Sequence record: MK373786.1
From: Escherichia phage vB_EcoM_R5505
DNA length: 64,000 bases
Strand: one strand, 5' to 3'
Shown in pieces: positions 35,528 through 46,277 of this stretch. The stretch's first letter is position 1. Each line of letters begins with the position of its first letter. A program made the position numbers and the translations under genes. Below the pieces are notes generated by a model. That model did not search any database and had not been told where the DNA came from. It saw only the letters and a list, made by a program, of their open reading frames with translations.

Positions 35528-35541
35528 CTACAGAGGCTAAT

Positions 35542-36033
35542 ATGTTTGTAGATGATGTAACACGCGCGTTTGAATCGGGTGATTTTGCGCGACCTAACTT
35601 ATTCCAAGTAGAAATTTCTTATCTTGGACAAAATTTTACGTTTCAATGTAAAGCCACTGCTTTACCAGCTGGTATTGTAGAAAAAATTCCAGTCGGATTT
35701 ATGAACCGTAAAATTAACGTAGCAGGCGATCGTACATTCGATGACTGGACTGTTACAGTAATGAACGATGAAGCTCATGATGCTCGTCAGAAGTTCGTTG
35801 ATTGGCAAAGCATTGCTGCGGGGCAAGGAAACGAAATTACTGGTGGAAAACCTGCAGAGTATAAAAAGAGCGCTATCGTTCGTCAATATGCTCGTGACGC
35901 TAAAACAGTAACAAAAGAAATTGAAATTAAAGGTCTGTGGCCTACTAACGTGGGTGAACTTCAATTAGATTGGGATTCAAACAATGAAATCCAAACATTT
36001 GAAGTAACTCTTGCTCTCGATTATTGGGAATAA
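35542..36033 (+). CDS. 19: tail tube protein gp19
   Basis: 163-aa ORF MFVDDVTRAFESGDFARPNLFQVEISYLGQNF...; size and synteny as T4 gp19. Confidence 0.95.
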   Translation: MFVDDVTRAFESGDFARPNLFQVEISYLGQNFTFQCKATALPAGIVEKIPVGFMNRKINVAGDRTFDDWTVTVMNDEAHDARQKFVDWQSIAAGQGNEITGGKPAEYKKSAIVRQYARDAKTVTKEIEIKGLWPTNVGELQLDWDSNNEIQTFEVTLALDYWE

Positions 36034-36038
36034 AATGA

Positions 36039-37690
<1,652 letters not shown>

Positions 37691-37691
<1 letters not shown>

Positions 37692-37939
37692 TGGAAGGTT
37701 TAATTGAAGCTATTAAATCAAACGACCTCGTAGCCGCTCGTAAATTATTTGCTGAAGCCATGGCTGCAAGAACGATTGATTTAATTAAAGAAGAAAAAAT
37801 CGCTATCGCTCGTAATTTCTTAATCGAAGGTGAAGAACCTGATGACGAGGATGATGACGAAGACGAGGATGATGAAGATAGCGATGATAAAGACGACAAA
37901 AAAGACGAAGACTCTGACGAAGACGAGGATGATGAATAA
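37691..37939 (+). CDS. 67: prohead core protein gp67 with poly-acidic C-terminal tail
   Basis: 82-aa ORF; C-terminal 40 residues almost entirely D/E; synteny. Confidence 0.85.
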
Positions 37940-38364
37940 TGCTTCTGATCCCTGAAACTCATGAATTAGTTCTCGAGAATGTCGAAGCACTTATTCCTGA
38001 AGCACAGGGTCGCTTTGACGAATTGTCTTCTGCTTTAAATAAAGACGATATAAATACAATTGTCGAGAATATGCTTGATGATGAAACTGATTTAGCGGTT
38101 GCATTAGCTTCTATTAATGAAAATATGCCGTTAAATGAATTTATCGTTAAACATGTTTCTGCCCGTGGTGAAATTACTCGCACTAAAGATCGCAAAACCC
38201 GCGAACGTAATGCATTTCAAACTACCGGGTTGTCTAAAGCAAAACGTAGACAAATTGCTCGTAAAGCTACCAAAACGAAGATTGCCAATCCAGCAGGTCA
38301 ATCTCGTGCTCAGCGTAAGCGTAAAAAAGCTCTTAAACGCCGTAAAGCATTAGGATTAAGCTAA
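37939..38364 (+). CDS. 68: prohead core protein gp68
   Basis: 141-aa ORF; basic C-terminus; synteny. Confidence 0.85.
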
Positions 38365-39002
38365 TGAATGAACCCCAATTACTAATTGAAACTTGGGGTC
38401 AACCTGGCGAAATTATTGATGGCGTACCAATGCTTGAATCTCATGATGGAAAAGACTTAGGTTTAAAACCTGGTTTATACATCGAAGGAATATTCATGCA
38501 AGCGGAAGTCGTCAATAGAAATAAACGTCTTTATCCAAAACGTATATTAGAAAAAGCGGTAAAAGACTATATTAATGAGCAAGTTTTAACTAAACAAGCT
38601 CTCGGAGAATTAAATCATCCTCCACGCGCTAATGTTGACCCAATGCAAGCCGCTATCATTATAGAAGATATGTGGTGGAAAGGAAATGACGTATACGGAC
38701 GAGCTCGTGTTATTGAAGGTGACCATGGTCCTGGAGATAAATTAGCAGCTAATATTCGTGCCGGATGGATTCCAGGAGTTTCTTCTCGTGGATTAGGTTC
38801 ATTGACTGACACAAATAAAGGTTATCGTATCGTAAACGAAGGATTCAAATTAACTGTAGGTGTTGATGCAGTATGGGGTCCAAGTGCTCCAGATGCATGG
38901 GTAACTCCTAAGGAAATTACCGAATCACAGACGGCGGAAGCCGATACAAGTGCCGATGACGCCTATATGGCTCTCGCAGAGGCCATGAAAAAAGCGTTAT
39001 AA
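38364..39002 (+). CDS. 21: prohead core protease gp21
   Basis: 212-aa ORF; size and synteny as T4 gp21. Confidence 0.9.
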   Translation: MNEPQLLIETWGQPGEIIDGVPMLESHDGKDLGLKPGLYIEGIFMQAEVVNRNKRLYPKRILEKAVKDYINEQVLTKQALGELNHPPRANVDPMQAAIIIEDMWWKGNDVYGRARVIEGDHGPGDKLAANIRAGWIPGVSSRGLGSLTDTNKGYRIVNEGFKLTVGVDAVWGPSAPDAWVTPKEITESQTAEADTSADDAYMALAEAMKKAL

Positions 39003-39032
39003 ATATTATTATCTAAACAACAGGACTACAAA

Positions 39033-39842
39033 ATGCTTAAAGAACAACTGATTGCCGAAGCGCAGAAAATTGATGCTTCCGTTGCTCTTGATAGTATTTT
39101 CGAATCAGTTAATATTTCTCCGGAAGCAAAAGAAACTTTCGGCACTGTATTCGAAGCTACCGTCAAGCAGCACGCCGTTAAATTAGCTGAATCTCATATC
39201 GCTAAAATTGCTGAAAAAGCAGAAGAAGAAGTAGAAAAAAATAAAGAAGAAGCAGAAGAAAAAGCTGAGAAGAAAATCGCTGAGCAAGCTTCTAAATTCC
39301 TTGACCATCTTGCAAAAGAATGGCTCACTGAAAATAAATTAGCAGTAGATAAAGGCATCAAAGCCGAACTGTTTGAATCCATGCTTGGTGGATTGAAAGA
39401 GCTCTTCGTTGAACACAACGTTGTTGTTCCAGAAGAATCAGTTGATGTTGTAGCTGAAATGGAAGAAGAACTGCAAGAACATAAAGAAGAATCAGCTCGT
39501 CTGTTCGAAGAACTCAATAAGCGTGACGCATATATCAATTATGTGCAGCGTGAAGTGGCATTGAGCGAAAGTACTAAAGATCTGACTGAGTCTCAAAAAG
39601 AAAAAGTCTCTGCTCTGGTCGAAGGTATGGATTATTCAGATGCATTCTCAAGTAAATTGAGTGCAATCGTAGAAATGGTGAAGAAATCTAATAAAGATGA
39701 AAGCACTATTACTGAGAGTATAAATACTCCTGATACTGAAGCAGCCGGACTGAATTTCGTCACTGAAGCTGTAGAAGATAAATCTGCACAAGGTGCAGAA
39801 GATATTGTAAGTGTATATGCGAAAGTCGCATCTCGTTTCTAA
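39033..39842 (+). CDS. 22: prohead scaffold protein gp22
   Basis: 269-aa ORF, Glu/Lys/Ala-rich coiled coil; size and synteny. Confidence 0.9.
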   Translation: MLKEQLIAEAQKIDASVALDSIFESVNISPEAKETFGTVFEATVKQHAVKLAESHIAKIAEKAEEEVEKNKEEAEEKAEKKIAEQASKFLDHLAKEWLTENKLAVDKGIKAELFESMLGGLKELFVEHNVVVPEESVDVVAEMEEELQEHKEESARLFEELNKRDAYINYVQREVALSESTKDLTESQKEKVSALVEGMDYSDAFSSKLSAIVEMVKKSNKDESTITESINTPDTEAAGLNFVTEAVEDKSAQGAEDIVSVYAKVASRF

Positions 39843-39860
39843 TTTTAAAGGTTAACACAA

Positions 39861-41426
39861 ATGACTATCAAAACTAAAGCTGAACTTTTGAACAAATGGA
39901 AGCCATTACTGGAAGGTGAAGGTTTACCGGAAATTGCTAATAGCAAACAAGCGATTATCGCTAAAATCTTTGAAAACCAGGAAAAAGATTTCCAGACAGC
40001 TCCAGAATATAAAGACGAAAAAATTGCTCAGGCATTTGGTTCTTTCTTAACAGAAGCTGAAATCGGTGGTGACCACGGTTACAATGCTACCAACATCGCT
40101 GCAGGTCAGACTTCTGGCGCAGTAACTCAGATTGGCCCAGCTGTTATGGGTATGGTACGTCGTGCTATTCCTAACCTGATTGCTTTCGATATTTGTGGTG
40201 TTCAGCCGATGAACAGCCCAACCGGTCAGGTATTCGCACTCCGCGCGGTATATGGTAAAGACCCAATCGCTGCCGATGCTAAAGAAGCATTCCACCCAAT
40301 GTATGGTCCAGATGCAATGTTCTCTGGTCAGGGTGCTGCTAAGAAATTCCCAGCTCTGGCTGCTAGCACACAAACCACAGTAGGTGATATCTATACTCAC
40401 TTCTTCCAGGACACTGGTACTGTGTATCTGCAAGCTTCTGCTCAAGTAACAATCGATGCTGGTGCGACTGATGCTGCTAAATTAGATGCTGAAATTAAGA
40501 AACAAATGGAAGCTGGTGCACTGGTAGAAATCGCTGAAGGTATGGCTACTTCTATCGCTGAACTTCAGGAAGGTTTCAATGGTTCTACCGATAACCCATG
40601 GAATGAAATGGGCTTCCGTATCGATAAGCAAGTTATCGAAGCTAAATCTCGTCAGCTGAAAGCTGCTTACTCTATTGAATTAGCACAAGACCTCCGCGCT
40701 GTTCACGGTATGGATGCTGATGCTGAACTGTCTGGTATTCTGGCTACCGAAATCATGCTGGAAATCAACCGTGAAGTTGTTGATTGGATTAACTACTCCG
40801 CACAGGTTGGTAAATCTGGTATGACCCTGACTCCGGGTTCTAAAGCTGGCGTATTTGACTTCCAGGACCCAATCGATATTCGTGGTGCTCGCTGGGCAGG
40901 TGAATCCTTTAAAGCTCTGTTGTTCCAGATTGACAAAGAAGCAGTTGAAATTGCTCGTCAAACCGGTCGCGGCGAAGGTAACTTCATTATCGCTTCCCGT
41001 AACGTAGTTAACGTTCTGGCTTCAGTTGATACCGGCATTTCTTATGCTGCACAAGGTCTGGCTACCGGCTTTAACACTGATACTACCAAGTCAGTATTTG
41101 CTGGTGTTCTGGGTGGTAAATACCGTGTATATATCGACCAGTATGCTAAACAGGATTATTTCACTGTAGGTTATAAAGGTCCGAACGAAATGGATGCTGG
41201 TATTTACTATGCTCCATATGTAGCTCTGACTCCGCTGCGTGGTTCCGATCCGAAGAACTTCCAACCGGTAATGGGATTCAAAACTCGTTACGGTATCGGT
41301 ATCAACCCATTTGCAGAATCCGCTGCTCAGGCTCCGGCTTCTCGCATCCAGAGCGGTATGCCTTCTATTCTGAATAGCCTTGGTAAAAACGCTTACTTCC
41401 GCCGTGTATATGTTAAAGGTATCTAA
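39861..41426 (+). CDS. 23: major capsid protein gp23
   Basis: 521-aa ORF; size, codon usage (high-expression bias, GC-richer) and synteny as T4 gp23. Confidence 0.95.
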   Translation: MTIKTKAELLNKWKPLLEGEGLPEIANSKQAIIAKIFENQEKDFQTAPEYKDEKIAQAFGSFLTEAEIGGDHGYNATNIAAGQTSGAVTQIGPAVMGMVRRAIPNLIAFDICGVQPMNSPTGQVFALRAVYGKDPIAADAKEAFHPMYGPDAMFSGQGAAKKFPALAASTQTTVGDIYTHFFQDTGTVYLQASAQVTIDAGATDAAKLDAEIKKQMEAGALVEIAEGMATSIAELQEGFNGSTDNPWNEMGFRIDKQVIEAKSRQLKAAYSIELAQDLRAVHGMDADAELSGILATEIMLEINREVVDWINYSAQVGKSGMTLTPGSKAGVFDFQDPIDIRGARWAGESFKALLFQIDKEAVEIARQTGRGEGNFIIASRNVVNVLASVDTGISYAAQGLATGFNTDTTKSVFAGVLGGKYRVYIDQYAKQDYFTVGYKGPNEMDAGIYYAPYVALTPLRGSDPKNFQPVMGFKTRYGIGINPFAESAAQAPASRIQSGMPSILNSLGKNAYFRRVYVKGI

Positions 41427-41440
41427 TCTTTGACGATTTA

Positions 41441-41470
41441 AGGGACCTTCGGGTCCCTTTAGTTGTTTTT
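41441..41470 (+). terminator. rho-independent terminator after gene 23
   Basis: Hairpin AGGGACC-TTCG-GGTCCCT followed by T-rich tract TTAGTTGTTTTT. Confidence 0.65.
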
Positions 41471-41474
41471 ATGG

Positions 41475-41482
41475 TATAAATA
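41475..41482 (+). promoter_or_regulatory. late promoter (TATAAATA) for gene 24
   Basis: Exact TATAAATA 27 nt upstream of gene 24 ATG. Confidence 0.6.
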
Positions 41483-41509
41483 AATCATATAAACCAAAAG
41501 GAAAGCGCA

Positions 41510-42793
41510 ATGGCTAAAATCAACGAACTTCTGCGCGAATCAACCACAACGAATAGCAACTCAATCGGTCGCCCAAATCTCGTTGCTTTGACTCGCGCTA
41601 CCACTAAATTAATATATTCTGACATTGTAGCAACGCAAAGAACTAATCAACCTGTTGCTGCTTTTTATGGTATCAAATACCTTAACCCAGACAATGAATT
41701 TACATTTAAAACTGGTGCTACTTACGCTGGCGAAGCCGGATATGTAGACCGAGAACAAATCACAGAATTAACAGAAGAGTCTAAATTAACTCTCAATAAA
41801 GGCGATTTATTCAAATATAATAATATCGTTTATAAAGTATTAGAAGATACACCATTTGCTGATATTGAAGAAAGCGACTTAGAGTTAGCTCTTCAGATTG
41901 CAATTGTTCTTTTAAAGGTTCGTCTATTTTCTGACGCAGCGTCAACAAGCAAATTTGAAAGCTCTGATAGTGAAATTGCGGATGCTAGATTCCAGATTAA
42001 TAAATGGCAAACCGCAGTTAAATCTCGTAAACTTAAAACTGGTATCACAGTTGAATTAGCGCAAGATTTAGAAGCAAATGGATTCGATGCTCCTAATTTC
42101 TTGGAAGATTTGCTTGCAACTGAAATGGCAGATGAAATCAATAAAGATATTCTACAGTCTTTGATTACAGTGTCAAAACGCTATAAAGTTACAGGAATTA
42201 CTGATAGTGGATTCATCGATTTGAGTTATGCATCTGCTCCTGAAGCTGGTCGTTCATTATACCGAATGGTATGTGAAATGGTTTCGCATATCCAAAAAGA
42301 ATCAACTTATACAGCAACATTCTGTGTTGCTTCTGCTCGTGCTGCTGCGATTCTTGCTGCATCAGGTTGGTTAAAACATAAACCAGAAGATGATAAATAT
42401 CTTTCACAAAATGCCTATGGGTTTTTAGCTAATGGTTTACCACTTTATTGCGATACTAACAGCCCATTAGATTATGTAATCGTTGGCGTAGTAGAAAATA
42501 TCGGTGAAAAAGAAATTGTTGGATCAATTTTCTATGCTCCGTATACAGAAGGTCTCGACTTAGATGACCCTGAACATGTAGGTGCATTTAAAGTTGTAGT
42601 TGATCCAGAAAGTTTGCAGCCATCTATCGGTTTATTAGTTAGATATGCTTTATCAGCAAATCCTTACACCGTAGCAAAAGATGAAAAAGAAGCAAGAGTA
42701 ATTGATGGTGGAGACATGGATAAAATGGCGGGTCGTTCAGATTTGTCTGTTTTATTAGGTGTTAAATTACCAAAAATTATTATTGATGAATAA
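41510..42793 (+). CDS. 24: capsid vertex protein gp24
   Basis: 427-aa ORF; size and synteny as T4 gp24; no endonuclease gene between 23 and 24. Confidence 0.9.
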   Translation: MAKINELLRESTTTNSNSIGRPNLVALTRATTKLIYSDIVATQRTNQPVAAFYGIKYLNPDNEFTFKTGATYAGEAGYVDREQITELTEESKLTLNKGDLFKYNNIVYKVLEDTPFADIEESDLELALQIAIVLLKVRLFSDAASTSKFESSDSEIADARFQINKWQTAVKSRKLKTGITVELAQDLEANGFDAPNFLEDLLATEMADEINKDILQSLITVSKRYKVTGITDSGFIDLSYASAPEAGRSLYRMVCEMVSHIQKESTYTATFCVASARAAAILAASGWLKHKPEDDKYLSQNAYGFLANGLPLYCDTNSPLDYVIVGVVENIGEKEIVGSIFYAPYTEGLDLDDPEHVGAFKVVVDPESLQPSIGLLVRYALSANPYTVAKDEKEARVIDGGDMDKMAGRSDLSVLLGVKLPKIIIDE

Positions 42794-42822
42794 AACAAAG
42801 GGACCTTTCGGTCCCTTTTTAT
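42794..42822. terminator. bidirectional terminator between convergent genes 24 and rnlB
   Basis: Hairpin GGGACC-TTTC-GGTCCC flanked by A-run upstream and T-run downstream. Confidence 0.7.
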
Positions 42823-43827
42823 TTAACTTACCAATTCAATCCAAGCCGGACGAAGTACATCTTGTACCATTTTAACTAATTCCTTCTTAATCAAAGAAGG
42901 ATTATCCGCTTGAGTTAGAGTAATACCTTCACGAGAAGTTTCTTCCAAAATATCTTGAACGGTTAGTCCCATCACCTTTCCAAAATCTTTAGGACCAATT
43001 TCGCCAATTTTAGAAATAACGTTATTTACCCGGTTCAGTGTAACGTAACAAGCTAAAATCCCCACCAATTTGTTATCAGCTTCTGACAGTTCAACTTTAG
43101 CTTTAATAGGCTTATCAGACTTTTTCTTTTCACTAAATTTAGAATTCTTGCATTTGATGGCTACACGATTGCGATTAGGCAGCCAAGAAGGATAACAAGG
43201 TTTCAATACATATCCTTCAGCAGTAAATACTTCGCCTTTGGTTTCAGCTTTCCAAACACATTTGTTAGCGTCAATTAAACCTGCATTATCTACGGTAAAA
43301 TTATAAGACGGAACAACAGAATCCAAATCATTTGGAAGTTTAATAAGATCTTCAAATTTACCACGACCCAAAAGTGGAGCGATTTTAAACCCAAATGAAT
43401 TACAAAACGATTCCATCATGTAATCATCAACATAAGTTACATCACCACTTTCGGTAGTGACAATAATGTCAAATACATAAAAATCTTTATCGCCATAATC
43501 AACATTCTTCTGAATGCCAGGTCCAGCGAATTCGCCAAAAACTTGATAAGTCACAACAGCTGAAGTTTCCATAATTTCTTGTACTGCTTTAATGGAATCA
43601 GCGTAATTCTTTAAAATAATTTCATACCCAAAGAAATCTTCAGCAGGAAGAATAGGACCAGTACGTTTAGCGCAAGTTACTTTATCACGCTCAATAATCA
43701 ATGAGAAATTTGTGCCGTGAATCTTTTCACGAGCTACCCATTCGCCGCCAGTCAATCCCAAGCTATAAAGTTTTTCAATAAATTTAGAGTTGTAATGATT
43801 TTCAAGACTGCTATACTTTTTAAACAT
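42823..43827 (-). CDS. rnlB: RNA ligase 2
   Basis: 334-aa [19 protein letters not shown]... with nucleotidyltransferase lysine motif (EKIHGTN); matches T4 Rnl2. Confidence 0.9.
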   Translation of the reverse strand: MFKKYSSLENHYNSKFIEKLYSLGLTGGEWVAREKIHGTNFSLIIERDKVTCAKRTGPILPAEDFFGYEIILKNYADSIKAVQEIMETSAVVTYQVFGEFAGPGIQKNVDYGDKDFYVFDIIVTTESGDVTYVDDYMMESFCNSFGFKIAPLLGRGKFEDLIKLPNDLDSVVPSYNFTVDNAGLIDANKCVWKAETKGEVFTAEGYVLKPCYPSWLPNRNRVAIKCKNSKFSEKKKSDKPIKAKVELSEADNKLVGILACYVTLNRVNNVISKIGEIGPKDFGKVMGLTVQDILEETSREGITLTQADNPSLIKKELVKMVQDVLRPAWIELVS

Positions 43828-43836
43828 AATTAATCC

Positions 43837-44115
43837 TCAAAATGTAATTTCTAACCAATCACCATCACGCTGATCACTATTGACTTTAAAATTAAATCCT
43901 TCTTTTCTCAGCCAATCACCAATTTCTTCAGTAATCAATTTATCGCGAGCAGTACAATAATAACTAAAATATGTTTTACCTTGTTCAGCTGCTTTATTAG
44001 CAAGTTCTGAAAAATCTTTAATAAAACACTCTAGCTTAAACTGTTTACTTTTTAATGCTTTTTCACGTAATTGATTAGCAAAAGATTCATTTTCATAAAG
44101 ATCATACTGTTCCAT
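43837..44115 (-). CDS. 24.2: hypothetical protein, T4 24.2 position
   Basis: 92-aa ORF, ATG start; synteny only. Confidence 0.6.
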   Translation of the reverse strand: MEQYDLYENESFANQLREKALKSKQFKLECFIKDFSELANKAAEQGKTYFSYYCTARDKLITEEIGDWLRKEGFNFKVNSDQRDGDWLEITF

Positions 44116-44317
44116 TTTTCACCTTTTTATTAATATGTCTTTTTCTATAGACAACTTTTTCTCGAGTTTCAAATCTATTCTTAGCAGTCATAGCTCGAGC
44201 CCATAATACAGCCACTTCTTTTGCCTGTAAGTTCAATTCACGAGCAATTTCAATGAATGACTTTCCAGACTCATGAAGCGTAAACACCACAACCTCAGTT
44301 CTCATAATCAATCTCAT
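44102..44317 (-). CDS. 24.3: hypothetical protein, T4 24.3 position
   Basis: 71-aa ORF, ATG start; synteny only. Confidence 0.6.
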   Translation of the reverse strand: MRLIMRTEVVVFTLHESGKSFIEIARELNLQAKEVAVLWARAMTAKNRFETREKVVYRKRHINKKVKNGTV

Positions 44318-44386
44318 GTTATCGAGTTGGTGCCATTATATACATCATTTTCTGATTGTGTTTTGTGTGCTTTCAAAATGAAGAAA

Positions 44387-44400
44387 GGGGCCGAAGCCCC
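44387..44400 (-). terminator. stem-loop GGGGCCGAAGCCCC after hoc
   Basis: Hairpin 7 nt downstream of hoc stop on minus strand, followed by U-rich sequence; identical hairpin at 2679-2692. Confidence 0.55.
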
Positions 44401-44406
44401 TTATGA

Positions 44407-45537
44407 TTATGGATAGGTATAGATGATACCAGTTTCTAAAGCAGTTTTATGAATGATGTATCCATTACGTGATTCTTGAACATCAACTTCTGGATAGTCT
44501 TTCATCATCTTCTGAAGAGTATAACGATGCAGATAGTATTTACTATCTGGGTCTTCAGTTTTCCAATCTTTACCTTCTTCGGTCATTTTTTGGATTTCAT
44601 CCATAACCCACCAACCGCACCAGATGTAAGCTGAAGTACGATGTGGAAGAGGATGAACATAAGGCAATTCACCTTCTGGTTCTGGAGCAACTTTATCAGT
44701 TACCTGAACTTGACCTTCTGCTGTAATAGTTTTGCTATCATAATCAGCAGCAGTAACAGTTGCAGTAACTTCAATAGTTTGACTTCCAATAGATGAGGTA
44801 TCAACGGTATATACATTAGTTGACCCTTCTACAGGAGAAGAATCTTTCTTCCATGAGTATTCGATTTGTGCTTCTTCTGGAGCATCAGTGACATTAGCAG
44901 TAAATGTAGCCAAAGCATCTTGTTGAACGTCAATAGAAGGAGGAGTCAATGTAACCTGTGGATTCATTGTCTTCTTATTAACCGTTAATGATACTTCATT
45001 CGAAGTAACTTCCTTTGCATCATAATCTGCCGCGGTTACTTGAGCCACACACTTAATTGTTTTAACTCCGCTTGCGGTAGGAGTGTAATTGAATGTAGCA
45101 GAAGTTGCTTCGCCCACAGGAGAATCATCTACATACCATTGATAAGTAGCGTTTGCGCCTGATGGCTGCGAAGCTAAAGTAGCGGTAAATTCAACAGCTG
45201 TTCCGATTACTCCAGCCGCAGGACTATCAGGAGTTACTGCCAAGGTAGTCGTCTGAGTCTTGTTTTTGACTGTGATAGTTGTACTAATTTCAGCTGTTTC
45301 AGCTTCAGAATCAGGAATAGTATTTGTTGCAACTACCTTAATAGTCTTTTGACCGGCAGGTCCTTTTAATACATAATCAAAAGTTGCGGCTGATCCTTCT
45401 TGGGGAGCATTATCTACACTCCATGCATAGGTAATAGTTCCACCTTCAGCCTGACCACTAGGTGCAGCAGTAAACTGTTTGGTTTCATCAATAACCCCTG
45501 TTGGTGTTTTAGGAGTTATATCAACTGTAAAAGCCAT
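44407..45537 (-). CDS. hoc: highly immunogenic outer capsid protein Hoc
   Basis: 376-aa ORF with repeated Ig-like T/V-rich modules; size and synteny as T4 Hoc. Confidence 0.9.
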   Translation of the reverse strand: MAFTVDITPKTPTGVIDETKQFTAAPSGQAEGGTITYAWSVDNAPQEGSAATFDYVLKGPAGQKTIKVVATNTIPDSEAETAEISTTITVKNKTQTTTLAVTPDSPAAGVIGTAVEFTATLASQPSGANATYQWYVDDSPVGEATSATFNYTPTASGVKTIKCVAQVTAADYDAKEVTSNEVSLTVNKKTMNPQVTLTPPSIDVQQDALATFTANVTDAPEEAQIEYSWKKDSSPVEGSTNVYTVDTSSIGSQTIEVTATVTAADYDSKTITAEGQVQVTDKVAPEPEGELPYVHPLPHRTSAYIWCGWWVMDEIQKMTEEGKDWKTEDPDSKYYLHRYTLQKMMKDYPEVDVQESRNGYIIHKTALETGIIYTYP

Positions 45538-45546
45538 AAGTTATCC

Positions 45547-46227
45547 TTATTTTAATGTTACGAAAGAAGAATTGCGTGTTTCACGAATTAAAACTGATCC
45601 GTCACGGTTAATGTAATAAATTAAGCTAAATAAAGTTTGGTGTGCTGACGCGTGTTCAAAACTAGTTGGGTGAGATTTCCAATCAGGAGTTTCAGCAATC
45701 CATTGATAAATCCACCAAGGAACGGTACAAAATCCTGGATTTTTTCCAATCAGCTGAAGATTCGGACTAAAGTTTTCCGGAAGAGTAAATACAGACGGCT
45801 TTTCAGATTCAATAATCTCAGCTACAGCCTGTTCAAATTTTTCTTCAACAAAAGGAGTATCTTCAATCAAAACTGAGGTATTTTCAGGAATTTTATCCGT
45901 TTCTACTACTTCAATTTTAATGTCAGATTTAACCGGAGAATCAATCAGAAGTGCTGCTTCTGGATTGACTTCTTCATCGTCATATTTTAATCCCTCTGCG
46001 GCATCAGCAGCATCAATTAAGTCTTTAATAGATAACCCATCAGTCTCTGGCATAGGTTCACTAGCAAGCTTCTGGAGGGCTTCTTCAATATCAACAACGA
46101 TATTATCAAAAGATTTATTCTTTTTGACCTTTATACCAAACTGTTCAGCATATTCAGCTAATTTAGCTTTAGCTTCTTTATTATCATCAAGAGCCTTCAG
46201 CTCTGCAATATAATCTTTATCTATCAT
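45547..46227 (-). CDS. inh: inhibitor of prohead protease
   Basis: 226-aa ORF; size and position as T4 inh; no gene between inh and uvsW. Confidence 0.8.
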   Translation of the reverse strand: MIDKDYIAELKALDDNKEAKAKLAEYAEQFGIKVKKNKSFDNIVVDIEEALQKLASEPMPETDGLSIKDLIDAADAAEGLKYDDEEVNPEAALLIDSPVKSDIKIEVVETDKIPENTSVLIEDTPFVEEKFEQAVAEIIESEKPSVFTLPENFSPNLQLIGKNPGFCTVPWWIYQWIAETPDWKSHPTSFEHASAHQTLFSLIYYINRDGSVLIRETRNSSFVTLK

Positions 46228-46240
46228 AATATTTCCTCAG

Positions 46241-46248
46241 TATAAATA
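46241..46248 (+). promoter_or_regulatory. late promoter (TATAAATA) for uvsW
   Basis: Exact TATAAATA 29 nt upstream of uvsW ATG. Confidence 0.6.
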
Positions 46249-46277
46249 TAGATATATTTATTACATGGTATTTAGAC

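Larger units (their letters stand above)
34779..35541 (+). mobile_element. putative homing-endonuclease insertion between genes 18 and 19 with duplicated late promoter
   Basis: HNH ORF flanked by hairpins at 34786-34799 and 35442-35459; TATAAATA at 35461 and again at 35520; my recollection is that 18 and 19 are adjacent in the T4 reference. Confidence 0.5.
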
